Assembly: GCF_006345805.1 (NCBI RefSeq)
Contig: NC_043010.1
Location: 56,482,001 to 56,546,000 of the forward strand
Source of the DNA: Octopus sinensis
Taxonomy: Eukaryota
Reading direction: 5' to 3'
DNA length: 64,000 nucleotides
Shown here: positions 41,722-56,400 of the stretch, piece after piece
How positions within the stretch are numbered: position 1 is the first letter of the stretch
Layout: each line of letters begins with the position of its first letter
The notes under the pieces: model-generated
Told to the model about the DNA's origin: nothing
Database searches by the model: none
What the model saw: only the letters and a program-made list of their open reading frames with translations
Translations under genes and position numbers: made by a program

Positions 41722-43905
41722 CATATATGTGCCAACATGAATGAAGTCCACAACACAACATGACAATGTCAACCTTGCATGGACAGTCTTGAGTCCTGTA
41801 CACTACACCGTTGTAACCTGTAGCAGACAACCTCCAATCCAACTTTAGCACAGTGTTTCAGGTGTATACATACACACACGCATACACACACATACATATA
41901 TATATACACACACACACATGCATGTGTGTGTGTGTGTGGGTGTTTACTTTTACAAAAACAGTGATGACAGTGACCTCGGAGTTTCACACTGCTAGCCTTC
42001 CTCACAATAATCCTTCACTTAAATTCCTTCGATTATAATTTGACATAAAAACAATTTCTTTTTCCTCCATGGATCTCTTTGAACTACTCACCCACCCCGC
42101 TCTCCCTCTCATTGCACCTCATTATATACACCCATTCCCTCTCGGCTTTGTTATACTCCATCATTTATACACCCAGCGGAGCTTGTTCGCTTTCATGTCT
42201 TTCCAATCTTTGCACATTCTCTGCATTCAGTGCCCATGTTTTGCTGCCATGCAGCATCGCACTTTGTGCACATGCATCGTACAATCTTCCCTTCGCTGGG
42301 AGCAAGAATCCATCTGTTGCCAGTTGAGATTATGGCTCCCTCAATATCCTCATCCTTACTTTTATTCTGCCTAATGTATATATGTACATATATAAATACA
42401 CACACACACACACACACACACATACACAGATATATATATATATGTATATATGTATGTATTTATCTGTTAATCTGTGTGTGTGTGTTTCTTACTCACCACC
42501 ACCATCACCACCCACATATTTCCCAGCGTGCAATACCACCACCACCACCACCACCGCTGCCACAACTCTATCACTGCCTCAAATAAACTAATATATCCGT
42601 CCCCTGGTCCGCCCCCTGGTGCTTTTCTTCTTCACTTGTCTTTAGCTGAAGATTTTACTTTTGCCCACGTCTTCCCAGCTTGCTCCAGACCCCTAAATTC
42701 CCTTCATGGGGTCACAGTAGTGGTTCAGGTGGAGCCTACAATAATATATCCTTCTCCCCTTGGCTGGGGCCACACTAGTGTTGTACAGTTTATATTAATT
42801 TCTACTTGGGACTTTCTGCTTTATTACCCAGAAGGCTTTGGACACTTTCCTTAACATCATCATCTTGAGGGGGTGGGGAAACCTGCCATCCTTCCTGATA
42901 CATCTGGGATTTGAAATGACCTTTCACTGTGTAGCACTCAACTAATTTGTTGTGTCCCCTCACTGACAAGTCGTCATTACGGGTTTTCAGGGGTCACTTT
43001 TCAACAAACACAAAGATCTCCCTAAGATAACCTTTCACTTCATCCAAAACTCATCTGCTTGCTCCTTTTATCACATACTCATTACCCCCATCCTCAAGTA
43101 GCTTGAACAATCTTTTTTATTAACAGCTTTGTGCCACTGAATACTGGGTCTTTGGATTTCTTTCCACCATATTGTAACAATAACATAGGGCAATTTTCTT
43201 CCAGGAACCTTGTTTCACAGTTTATTTTGCACCAAAATATAAAGAGACAACAAGTCAGAGCTGGGGACTGATCGAACATAAACAGGTTAATAATTTTTAA
43301 TTATTATGAATTCTACAGCTTGATAAACAAGAGGTGACCTTTGACCTTTGAAGAGAATCAACAATTTCTAAGATGATGATGACGATGACTCTGTGTGTAA
43401 TTGAACTTGTGTCTTCATATTTGTGTGTCCTTGCCTCTGCCATCAGTGGTCCTTATTAATATTAATAAGGAAGAGTTAGTGCAATTAACTGCTAATTATT
43501 CTATAAACATGGCTTCACCAGTGATGAAGTCCAGTTTCCACAGTACCTACGACTGTTATATGTATATATATATTTATCTATACACATGCATATATATATA
43601 TATATATGCACACACATGCATATTATATATTTAATATATATATATTATATATATATATATATATACTATGGAATTAATTAATCTTCAGTGAATGCAGTTT
43701 CTTGCAAAAATCCAATGTTAATGCAAGGGAGATAACAAAGATATTTTTATAAGTTACCTCCTCCCATGATAAGTGTATTTATTTCAAAATCCTTTCGAGT
43801 TTTATGTAATCTAATGGAACCAACACTTCCATGTTGCACTCTTGAACAATTGTATAAATATTTTAACATGAAACCCTTGGTAGCCTTGTTAACCCACAAA
43901 CACAG

Positions 43906-43960
<55 letters not shown>

Positions 43961-44811
43961 GCATACACACCTTAGTATCTTAAGAATCACATTTAACTAC
44001 ACTACAACACACATACACTACATGAACACACCATCACACATTGCATATATATATATACATGCAAGACATGCTCAAATGTATGTGTGTGTGTGTATTATGG
44101 TATTGACCAGACTATTGGATGTTATACATCACTGGTCACAATGTGCTTCACATTATTTTAGCTTTTGAATGACACCAGTCTACTGTCTCGGCAAGCAGGG
44201 CCAACATTGCCCCTGATCGGAAGGCCAGTCTACTGCAGGGGTGGACCCATTTACAGCTGAGTGGACTGAAGCAACATGAACTGAAGTGTTTTGCTCAAGA
44301 ACACCCATGTGCGGACAGTCTGGGAATTGAACCCACAATCTAGTGATCATGAGTGCAACACCCTAACCAACAGGTCACATGCCTTCACTATGAATATATA
44401 TACAAGTATATATATATTCATACACACACACCTGCATATATATAAACATTATTGAATGCACAACAGTGAATTTGCTGCAGAATAGTGTCTGGGAAAAAGC
44501 TTTCCAAAGGATACTGAATAATAGCTGAGACGACTCACCTTGGATTTAATCCAAGACTGCTAATTACAGGTGTTTCGCCATCATCATAAGACACACACGC
44601 ACCCGTAAACATAGACACACAATGCTCAGCCCTCTCATCAGTATACATGCGCCTTTCTGTGCTGGCATGTCTTGAATCAATCTGTTTCAACGCTGCTCCT
44701 TTTGTCTCCCTTCCAACGTGAGGGGCAGCTTCTCAAAGTTCTTGAAACAGATTCTTTCCATTAACATCGTTTCATACCTCTTCATTAATCTCTCACTCTC
44801 CAAACCAACGT

Positions 44812-44858
<47 letters not shown>

Positions 44859-45657
44859 CTTCTGCCTTCCCATATCCTGTCCATTCAAGCCCCCTCCCCA
44901 CTGCCTATATATCTCCCTATAACATTGCCCTAAGGACCCACCATCTGCCAATTACTCAAGGGCTTAGAAACCCCTCAGGGCCAACAGAGATGAGAAAACC
45001 CTCAACATTTCCTCCTTCCCCCATTTTGATCCCTCCACCACTACAGCTACCTCCACTGAACAGCAAATGCACATTATGAAGGACAAACATCAGTGTAGAC
45101 AGAAGCATACAATCACACAGGGATTGAGAGGAACTGGTAGCAGTATGCAAGAGATAGAGGGTTCAAATCCGTGTGGTGTCTTCAATGTACTTGGCCAGTA
45201 TTTTGTTGTTTACAGACTCATAAATTTTTCATATATTTTATAATAAACTCTTACTTGATATGTGTGTGTGTGTACAGATATAAATATATATTTTTACCTC
45301 TGTGTGTGTTTGTGTGTGTGTGTGTGTATATATACATATGTATATATTTATATGTGTCTGTGTGTAATGTATATTTGTCATCATCATCATCATCATCATC
45401 AACATTTTCACGTCTGCAGTTCTATGCTTCTGTGGCTCAAGCAAAACTTACTGAGGCAGATTTTCTCTTTAGCCGGATGCCCTTCCTGCTGCCAACCCTC
45501 ACTGGTTTCCACTCAGATAATATTTCTCCTTGTCCTTCAAACAACGAACAGCTCAGTGGCCAGACATGTTTCTACAGGGGATTTTAGACAGATGACACTG
45601 TTTGTTTGATGGAGACCTTGTTTAGAATTAATGCATAGATTAAGATGAAAGGATACG

Positions 45658-45701
<44 letters not shown>

Positions 45702-46100
45702 TTCTTGTGTGTATATCTAGGTGTGTAGCAATGGTAACATATATTATTCAGCAAATAACTGAAATACTATTTGAAGAATTTCAAATGTACTCCCACGCCC
45801 CACCCCCCACTTCAAGGCCCCTCTCCGTCCCACCTCCGTCCCACCTTGTGATGGCTGCTTCGTTTAATGGCTAACATCATTCAGGTATGCTTCTATGTCT
45901 CACCATTTCATCTCCAGTAACAATGAGAAACATGGAAGGAAAAAAACATCTCTCTCTCTCTCTCTCTCTCCTTGTATATACAGATATGTGTGTATATATA
46001 TATGTATGTATTTATATGGGTATATACATATATATATATGGTTCAAATGTACAGAAACAAAAGACAGACAGGTGAGGGAACAACAAGCAGGTATGTGTAT

Positions 46101-46155
<55 letters not shown>

Positions 46156-46551
46156 CACGTGTGTGTGTGTGTATGTATATACACCTGTATGTAGACACAC
46201 AAAAATTTGCATGCATATTTATATACAACCATGCCTAGGCTCCAATGCATGTAATACACACACATATATATAGACACATACACACATATAGAGAGAGAGA
46301 GAGACATCTATACACATACATATATATACATATCGATATATATGCATGCACACATACACAAACAAACACCCTTACAGATATATATATGTATATATATATA
46401 TATGTATGTATGATCCTTGAAAGATATATTTAAAAAGAGAAAAATCCTTTCCTATAAAATTATTGTTGATTTACAGCTTTTTTCAGGTGGAAAAATTTAT
46501 GTAAAAAAGTATGTTTTTATGTGATTATTTTATATATATATATATATATAC

Positions 46552-46621
<70 letters not shown>

Positions 46622-48559
46622 GTACATATATATATATGTACATATATATTTATATGTGTGTGTGTATATATGTATGTATGTATATATATATGGATGTATA
46701 TATATATATTTACATATATATGTGTGTATATATATATATATAAATGTATATAATGTGTGTGTGTTTGTGTATATATACGTGTGTGTGCATGTACATATAT
46801 ACACACACACATGTATATGTAATACATAAAATAAGTCCGTGTTTACACCTTTATTTATCAATTTTGAAACTGTTTTTCCTTTATATTATTTTAACTAAAG
46901 GTTTTTAAATGAAACTTTTGTGTTTGTTTTTATTGATATAACTTGTTTTTGTTGTTGTTGTTTAGCCTTGGGTTACCTTGGTTACCCTGCTGTGCACAAT
47001 GTCACAGCTGCACCGTTCCACAATTTTACATGTAAACTTCACCTCACACCTAATCAGTGAGGTGGTAGTGGGCAAGACAGGCATGGAGGTGGATGTGGTG
47101 ATGTTAATTTAGAATGTGATTGTGTATATCACTTGAGTAATAATTCAAATTTCTTTCTTAATTACATCGCATGTGTCTGTGTGTCTCTTTACTTCTCTCT
47201 GTGTTTGTTTTGTTCTCTCCTCCCACCCCTCTTGTAGAAATAAATTATTTAAAAGGAAATAAATGTTCAGTCTGTCTGTAAGTCACCACCTCCCTGCTCC
47301 ATTTCTGTCTCTGAATACTTCTTCTTCCAGTCCCTCCTTCTAAACATTTCCAGCCTTGTTTAATCACATTCGCTTTCACCAATGATTCACTCTTCACTTC
47401 CTTAACCAATCAAATCATTCAGCTTCTCATTAGCAGCTAATTACATATCAATTGCTAAATTAATCAACTCACCCCCTTCCTACTCTCAAACTCCAGATGA
47501 AAACATTCTCACAAATTAACAAATAGCTAATTACATTAATTTGCTTTAATTACTTCAATTGTTTTGTTAACTAATCAAATCACACGACCAGTATGGATGC
47601 CTGCATCTTGCCTCCAACAAACATCTCAAACCAATCGGCAACAACCAACCATTCCAAATCCGTCCAAGGCCGAAACTTGATGTAGAAAAAAAAACCTCTC
47701 CAAACACGTCCAGATTTCACTTTTGTCTGACGAAAAGAAAGAAGAAACTGTGACTTGTTACTTTGTTGTGACAACACTACAGTTGTGTGGAATTGTTGTA
47801 TGGGGGTTGTTTATCTTGTCATGGTGAGTTCAGGTCCCCTTGAGCGTCTGAAGAAATTGTTTCAGCATCTGTCCAGATCATCCTCAGTTGTCTGAGCTTT
47901 ACAGTTCTGATAAAAAGCTCTGTGTAATGGCTGAGATGTTTCATCGACAAAAACCCATTCTACATTAAACTCAGATGTCAACCTCAAAGGAAACAGTTTC
48001 ATTTAAGATGTGTCTTACCTCATTTATTACTCCTTTTTCAGTGGGTGGGGAAGTGTTTCACTCATGACCTTCACAGGGCCTCTGAGGTTGATGAAGGAGA
48101 AGGAAGAGAAACCAAAACGTCTTCGATGCCATCTACTTTATGGGTTTCCCTGCAGTTTCCATTTATTTACTTATTAGCGAGGGAAGCAGCATTAGTTCAA
48201 ATCAGCAATTTGCATACCATACTTAATGCATAATAATTTAGAAAGCCACAAAACAGTGGAAGAAAAGTCTTGAGCAGCAGCGAGGGAATTGCTAAATCTA
48301 TATTTCTGCTTCCTTCAGCGCCATCTGTAGTAAATATCCACAAGCAACTGCATGTTTAGACAATAAAGACAGAAATTGTGCAATCTGAACTGTTCTTTGT
48401 GCAAGTTAAGCACTTGAAACGTTTACTATACGAATGCTGATGCAAGGGAAGTAACAATTAAAGACGCCTTGACATGAGTTGTCTCCTCTTATGTATTCCC
48501 TACACGAAACATTTCAAGTCGTTCGCCTCACTTGCCGTAGTCTTATCGACAATGGAGTC

Positions 48560-49921
48560 GCAAGAACTGGTTCCAAGCCAATAAGGTGGGTTTCTTTAAT
48601 AGCCCACCAGGACGTCTGGACCACACTTTTTCAAGCCACAATTTCATTCCTCCCTCATCCTTCCAACCATTTGGGTGGACATGAACATAAATGCCATTGG
48701 CTATCCTTTCTTTAGGCAATGTCTTTCTTTTAAAAATTAAAAAAGAAAGCAGTTTTGTGTCAGTGCAGCATGCTAATACCATTCTAGTGTGTTTTTCCAT
48801 GGCCACATGTTTTAACAGTCACAATTTTAGCACCCATCGATTCTACCGTCTTGCTTGATGTCAAAGAGATTTCGTCCATATTTCCAATCTGGGAAAATTC
48901 AAAATGAACTTCTTTTCTTTCACTAATGACATACCTGTGAAATTTAAGTATTTGATCTTCATATTCAGGGGCCATATTTTGTACTGTTCTTGTCCTAGCC
49001 CTCATACAGAGGTTATTTCTCCTCATAAATCTGAAACACCACGCTGTTGACCCTTTAAAATCATTGATACCTCTGTCCATATTACTACAGCTCTTCAATG
49101 GTCCGTGATCGTTTTAGTGGTGACTGAAAGCCCGATCTTCTTTGCTCTAAAATCTGTTTTCAATTCTTCTCCTAGTCCAGGTCACTTTACAACTTTACAA
49201 CTACGTCAGCAGGGTTTGCCATGTTTGGCAGCTTTCAGCTGCTCTTCTTGTTTCCTCCACGTTCTTACCATTTTCTCGGTTAGTGGTAGATCAAAATACC
49301 AAACAACTATTACCATGGTCTTTTGTGTATGTTACGACATCTAGTTTAAATTTGGTGTTATAACGGTGCCTTTTTTGTTTTTTAGCCATGGGTTTGAACT
49401 CTGTACGAAATTTACCCAAAATAAACTTACCGTTATGTTATGGGAAACCTTATTCCAGCTCTTGCCTCCTCTCAGATCAGCTCTGGGAGCAGTTTTCATT
49501 TAGATAATGAACAAATGTTTCTCAAAGGTAACCCAGTCGTTAAATAATGCAATATATATATATTAAGTATGGGTTACGTATGCTGGGGAAGGAGGTAAGT
49601 GAGACGATGTGAGCTTCCCCATAACTGCCGACGTCTCGTAAGCAATTTTTCGTAAGTTTGTGATAACAGACTGTGGTAATTCGGATTGTTTTCAATATCT
49701 TATTATTAGTAACAAAATTTACAGTAATAATTTAATTTGTTTGTACTATTTTATTATTAGCAACAATTTTTGTGCCTAGGGAACTTACCCTCTATGCTCG
49801 TCCGGCTCCCTACCCTACGGCGCTCGGTCTCCCATCTGCAATACGGCTGCATTAGACCCAGGGTAATTTTTTGATACATTTAAAAGTAAGAAGAGCGCAT
49901 CCACTCTTCCGGCAAATACGG
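48560..49921 (-). mobile_element. pogo/POGK-like DNA transposon, 3'-truncated and frameshifted
   Basis: ORFs 48784-49098 (FKGSTAWCFRFMRR, GNMDE) and 48543-48806 (VLACC..K..FLIFKRK..NGW) resemble CENP-B HTH and DDE_1 domains. The terminus TA-CCGTATTTGCCGG lies on the minus strand at 49921-49923. Confidence 0.8.
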
Positions 49922-49985
49922 TAATCTTAAATAAATTGTATCTATTATAAAAGAAAAAAAGTGGGGTGACCACGGCTAGAATGTC

Positions 49986-50279
49986 TCGGTACTAGTATCG
50001 TAGAGTGGTCCCGGTTTGCGCACACGCGCAGACGCGCGTCCGTGCTAGCCAGACGTAGGCAGTCGATCCTACGAGCTGACTGGCGCATGCACGATATATA
50101 CGATATATACTTGTTTACGATATATACTTGTATATATCGTAAACACGTATATATCGATGCAAGTATATATCGTATATATCGTGCATGCGCCAGTCAGCTC
50201 GTAGGATCGACTGCCTACGTCTGGCTAGCACGGACGCGCGTCTGCACAAACCGGGACCACTCTACGTTACTAGTACCGA
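49986..50279. repeat. CpG-rich nested inverted repeat (cruciform-forming)
   Basis: Outer arms about 49986-50113 and 50160-50279, with 8 extra bases in the left arm. Inner perfect 16-bp arms at 50112-50127 and 50130-50145. A CGATATATA motif is reiterated on both strands. Confidence 0.9.
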
Positions 50280-51010
50280 ACGTCTCTTTTTCATAGGTCA
50301 ACCTTATCTTCATAAATCTGAATTAAGACGACAATATTTGGTTATGGTTCCGTTAAATACAATATTCCAAACTGAATAGAAGGCGTAGATAATTATTCAA
50401 GGGAGATCACTCTAAAAACCTTTTCTGTAGTTAACTCCCTTGTGATTTTATTTCTCCTATTTAATCAATAATTAGTATTTTAAATAAATATCCCTGTGAA
50501 ATTAGATTATTAAACTTTAAGATGAGGAGTAATTTTTTTTTAATACCAGGAATTGTTGATTAACAGAACAGTTGATAAACCGTGAAAAGTATTGTTTGAG
50601 TGCCTGGGTTAAGTTGCGAATGTTAACATTTTGGCTTGAAATCCCGCCCAGACAGACTGACATTTTTTTGCTAAAATTTAAGAGCCGTGGCCCGGTGGCC
50701 GTAGCCCGATGCTAAAGTTAGGAGGGAACTTTTTCGTTATCTCACCCCCATTAAAAAATTGGGTTATCTCTCCCCGTTTTATGAGAAATATCGGTACTTT
50801 TGGTTATATACCTCAACTGAAAAAAAATGTGCTACGGATAGAAAACACTTTGATTAACGGAACTGTTAAACCCTGTTTACTCCGCTCACGCTATTATAAA
50901 CCTATGGCTAATCCACTGGTAATCCGTAGTGACTCGGCGATGTCAAGTACTACCAAAATCAACAGCCTCGTGGCAGACTTAGAGACTCACATGCATACAT
51001 AAGTACATAC

Positions 51011-52851
51011 GTAAGTGAAATACTGAATGAGCAATTCAAGAGTGTTTTCACTCCACCCCTTGGGCATCTCCAAATCACCAATCCAACTGACTTCTTTACC
51101 ACTGCAGATATAAAATCAGAGGCGGCGACGATAGATTACATCGATATAAAGGAAGACGATGTAACCAAGGCTATAGATGAAATGAAAACAGACTCAGCTA
51201 CTGGCCCCGATGGATTCCTGGCAATCCTCCTAAAAGCATGTAAGAGAGTCCTAGCAAGACCACTGCAGTTCCTCTTTCAGAGCTTCCTTGCAGCTGGCAA
51301 ACTTCCAGGAAAACTGAAGGAAGGTAAAATATGCCCCATTCATAAAGGAGGTAGCAGAGCGGAAGCCAAGAACTATAGACCTATCTCTCTGACCTCACAC
51401 ATCAGCAAGGTCACGGAACGAATAGTCAGAAGGAAGCTGATCACCTTCCTTGAAGAGAATGACTTGCTGCCCGACACCCAACATGGTTTCCGACCAGGGA
51501 GAAGCTGTTTAACTCAGCTCCTACAACACTATGACTGGGTGCTGAAACGGCTACTCAACCACTCAAATGTGGAAGTGATATATCTCGACTTTGCAAAGGC
51601 CTTTGATAAAGTCGATCATGGAATGATATGTCACAAACTGCGTGATCTCAACATAGTTGGAAAACTGGGAGAATGGCTTCATGACTTTCTGAAGGATAGA
51701 AGTCAGGTGGTAGTAGCCAATGGGGCCACCTCCATTAACACACAAATAGTGAGCGGTGTTCCGCAGGGCACTGTTCTGGGACCACTACTGTTCATAATGG
51801 CCCTCTCAGACATGCCCTCAGCCACGCAGAGAGCCACGATCACAAGTTATGCAGATGATACAAAAGTTTCACAGGCAATACAGAACCCTGAGGACACTAA
51901 ACACCTGCAATGTGAGCTGGACGAAATATACAAGTGGGCTGAAAAGAATAGCATGCAGTTCAATGCTGGAAAGTTTCAAGCTTTATACTATCAGCATGCA
52001 AAACTGAATGCAATACCCAATGAATACACTGGACCCGGAGGGATTGCAATCCCAGAGGCACAATCAGTGCGTGACCTGGGTATTCACATGAGTGATGACG
52101 CGACCTTTCATGTACATGTTGCTAAACTGACAATGAAATGTAGACGGCTGGCTGGATGGATTCTTAGAACCTTTAGAACAAGAGAACAAGAAACCATGAT
52201 GGTCCTCTGGAAGACACTTGTCCTAAGCCACTTTGACTATTGCTCTCAGCTATGGTCACCATCCAGTGTCAAGTTGATCACAGAACTTGAGGCGATCCAA
52301 CGAAGCTACACGAAGAAGATAGCCTCTATGCAGAATGTAAGCTACTGGGAAAGACTCAAGAGATTAAAATTATATTCCCTGGAGCGTAGGCGGGAAAGAT
52401 ATGCCATAATATACATCTGGAAGATCCTGGAGGGAAGTGTCCTGAACTTTGGCATCGAGAGTTACGCAAATGCTAGAACTGGGCGCCACTGCGTGGTGCC
52501 TAGGACTCCAAACCTGCCATCAAGATGTAGGACAAGATTCTGTGATAGCCTGGGCTTCCGAGGCCCACAGCTCTTCAATATCCTCCCGAAGAACCTGAGA
52601 GACCTGCATGGGGTGGATACAGTTGTCTTTAAAATGAAGCTGGATCTCTTCCTGTCAGGTGTCCCAGATGAACCAACTTCACGGCAGGAGGGGCAGATGA
52701 GGGCAGCTGCATCGAACTCTCTCATGCACCAAATGGCAGTTGCTAGAAAGCCTCCATGAAGTGAAACCAAGTAGCAACACCAAATGGCGGTGCCCCAGCA
52801 TGGCCACAGCTCATAAGCTGAAACTAGAATCAATCAATCAATCAATCAATC
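51011..52851 (+). mobile_element. Young 5'-truncated CR1-clade LINE with an intact RT ORF
   Basis: 525-aa ORF 51182-52759 with YRPISL, DFAKAFD, GVPQGTVLGP and YADD motifs. (CAAT)n tail at about 52829-52851. Putative 8-bp TSD gtacatac at 51003-51010 and 52852-52859. One frameshift near 51063. Confidence 0.93.
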
Positions 52852-53071
52852 GTACATACATACATACATACATATATATATACATACATATATATATACA
52901 TACATGCATGCATGCATACATAAGTACATACATACATATATATACATACATGCATGCATACATACATACATACATACATACATACATACATACATACATA
53001 CATACATACATGCATGCATGCATGCAGGCAGGTATACATACATACATACATACATACACACACACGCGCGT

Positions 53072-53127
<56 letters not shown>

Positions 53128-53814
53128 ACATATATATATCATGAACTAACTGTTACTTTCTCAGGTGCAGCACGGAATTTTGTCAGTGAACGGGTCGTGA
53201 TCTCAAAGCGACGAAAACATTTTGGTAAATATTTAATTTAAATGTTGAAGGGAATCTGACGGGGTGTTTTTTTTGTGTGTTTTTAAGTGGTTTATAAACA
53301 CCTTCCACGTTGCAATTGCTTTCGTTCCAACGCACGATCTCAGATCAGGTCGCTTGCTATGCAAGTACATCTCCGTAATAAAAAATTTTTAGCCCTCAAT
53401 AAAAGAAGAAGAAAAATGAAAACCTTAATAAACATGAAAAGTGAAAAGATGAAACATCGTATTGAATGTCATAATATTTTTATAACAAATCATACAAAAC
53501 TAAAAAAAATTAATAAACATGAAACCTGATCCAATCTCTTGTCGCCCCATTAACTCAATTTGTAAATCATTTAAAAATTCTTTTATGTATGTATTTTGTA
53601 TTTCAAAAGGAATAAAAGGGGAAGTTACAGTTTTGAAGAAAATCCCTGATTATAATGCGTATTTAAAATGAAAACAGAATAAAATTTAGGTTTACAGTAA
53701 AGTTAGGAATCAATATCAGATTTAATATCAATACAGCAATTAAAAATGAATGTTTTTAATAATTTTACCTTTTATAAGGTAAAATAATTTTACCTTTTTC
53801 TGCAATATACACAA

Positions 53815-56400
53815 GACCATGTCAACACTTCTACTTGGAGTTGTTTACCGCCCGCCAAATTATCGTCAAGACACACAACTTTTTGATATCCTCAGAGCTG
53901 CTGCCATGTAAACAGCCACTTATGTTTATATTGCAGGGGACTTCAATTTCCCTGAGATTGACTGGGAGGCCTTCCGTTGGCCGCAAAGTGCAGACGATTT
54001 CCTTGAACTGGTGCTGAATTCAAATTGGTCCCAAGTCGTTACCTCCCCCACAAGGGGTAACAACACTTTGGATCTGCTACTTACCGCTTCTCCTGAAACA
54101 ATTATCAGTGTCACTACTGAAGAACTTTTAGGTGACTCTGATCATTCCATGATCATGGTCGACTTGTCTCTGACTGGTTGTAACAAAAACCACAACCCTC
54201 TTCAGACTGCCCGCTTTGACTGGAATAAAGCAGACTGGAGCTCTTATTGTACTGAGCTGCAACGCCCAAACTGTCTCGAATTTTATGCCTCTGGAGATGT
54301 GGACACTATACTCCAGAACATTCTGAATTCAATTTGGGCGCCATGTGCAGCATCAGTACCACGCAAGCACAAAAAAACACACAATAGTGCAATTTGGGAG
54401 ACTGCAGCAGTCCGACTTGCCAGGAAAGGAATACACATTGCACAATTCAGAGATCAACAGGAAAAAGCGCAATAGATCAGCCAACCACCTCAAGCAGGTG
54501 ACAAAAAAGGCAGTGCTTGAATTCGAACAGCGCATAGCAACCAACCCTGACAGCAAAGTGTTCTGGAAGTATGTACACTCAAAGCAGAGACCTCACTCTC
54601 CAGTTGGTTCCCTTCGCAATCCCCACACAGGACAGATTACTGGCAATCCCAAAGAATGTGCAGAAATCATTGCTGGATGCTATGCAGGCATCTTTACTGT
54701 CGAAGATCGAAATATTCCATCTCCATCACCTCTGACACCGGACTCTATAACTACTATGAAACTTACACCAGCAATGCTACAACCTTAAGAATAAACGTAA
54801 CTATGCCTCTCCTGGTCTCGATGGTGTTGCAAAACTACTTCTCAAACGCAGTGGGTACTTTCTTCTAAACCAACTTTCACTATTCTTTCAATTCTGTCTT
54901 GACAATGGTGTTACTCCAGAGCAGTGGAAAACTGCAAGTGTTATCCCTCTGTTCAAAAAAGGTGACCGCACATCGCCTGTCAACTATCGCCCCGTTAGTC
55001 TTACTAGCTGCCTCGCCAAACTGAGGGAAACCCTCTGGAACTTCTGGAAGTCTCACAGCCTCATCCAGCCGTCACAATTTGGTTTTATTCCAAACTCCAG
55101 CTACTGTAATCAACTCATCGAGTTTCTTGAGGACATTACCCAAATCACTGATCGCAGATCCTGGGTGGATGTTGTTTACCTGGACTTTGTTAAGGCTTTT
55201 AATTCTGTGCCACACAAAAGACTTATGGTGAAACTTTCTGCAATGGGTGTAAGAGACGAACTCTATAACTGGTTAAAGTCCTTTATTATCGGCCGAAAAG
55301 AGGTTGTCGCAGTTCTAGGACAGCACTCTTCACCCTATGAGATGACATCTGGTGTACCACAGGGATCTGTTCTTGGCTCCCTTTTATTTGTTGCATATGT
55401 TAATGACATAGATGTCAACTTAAAGAATGCCACAGTGCTGAAATATGCAGATGACATCAAGCTGTACCTCGAAATAAAGAGGTCAGATCCTGTACACTAT
55501 AGATCTCTATTGCAAGCAGACATGGACACAATGCAGCAGTGGATCATGGACTGGCAACTCAAGCTGGCTGTGGACAAATGTACCACCATGCATTTTGGGA
55601 GGAGAAACCCAGCGTCCACCTACTCCCTCCACAACACTAGTCTCAAAAAGTCTTCATGTGAACGTGACCTGGGCGTTATTGTCGACTGCGATTTGCGTTG
55701 GACAAAACACATCACTAAAATTGCCAAGAAGGCTGAGGGTATCTTAGCACCACTCACCAAGACCTTTGGGAGCAGCTCTCCGGCTATCTATATGCGGCTT
55801 TATATAGTTATGGTACGGCCTCACCTGGAATTTGCATCACCGGTCTGGAACCCCTATCTTGTTCAGGATATTAATCGTCTGGAAGCCGTTCAGCGACGTG
55901 CAACCAAGAGAATACCCTCCATCAGGCATTTGCCATATTCTGAACGCCTTACTTCCATGGGCATGGACACATTGAAACTCCGACGTCTGGCAGCTGACTT
56001 GGCAGACACCCATAAAATTATCAACCATCTTACAAACAATAACTCTGAGCACCTTTTCAAACTCCACCCGTCTAACACCCATGGACATGTTTACAAAGTC
56101 AGAAAACGGCACAGCTCCCATGACTTTCGGAAACATTTTTTCACGCTAAGAGTTGCTGAAGCATGGAACAAACTGCTGGCATCAGTTGTTAGTTGTCGGA
56201 GCACTGCATCCTTCAAAACGTCCATGCTTCCCGAGATTCGCCAACACTACACCTGATTTTCTCCCCTCCATACACACGCAAGCATGTATCTGACTCATAC
56301 ACAGTTCACTTTCCAGACATTTGTACATTACTGCATGTGCTTTATGTGCACTTTTGACAAGTTGTGGTGCACCTGAGCACATTATTTAACTCTAAATGAA
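53815..56400 (+). mobile_element. CR1-clade LINE ORF2 (APE plus RT) with stops and frameshifts
   Basis: APE motifs GVVYRPP, AGDFNFP, TLDLLLT and GDSDH at 53835-54150. RT ORF 55165-56256 has DFVKAF, GVPQGSVLG and YADD. Confidence 0.92.

Noticed and set aside
43451-43470. Perfect 20-bp palindrome ccttattaatattaataagg
   Set aside because: Short and AT-rich, so expected by chance in this composition.
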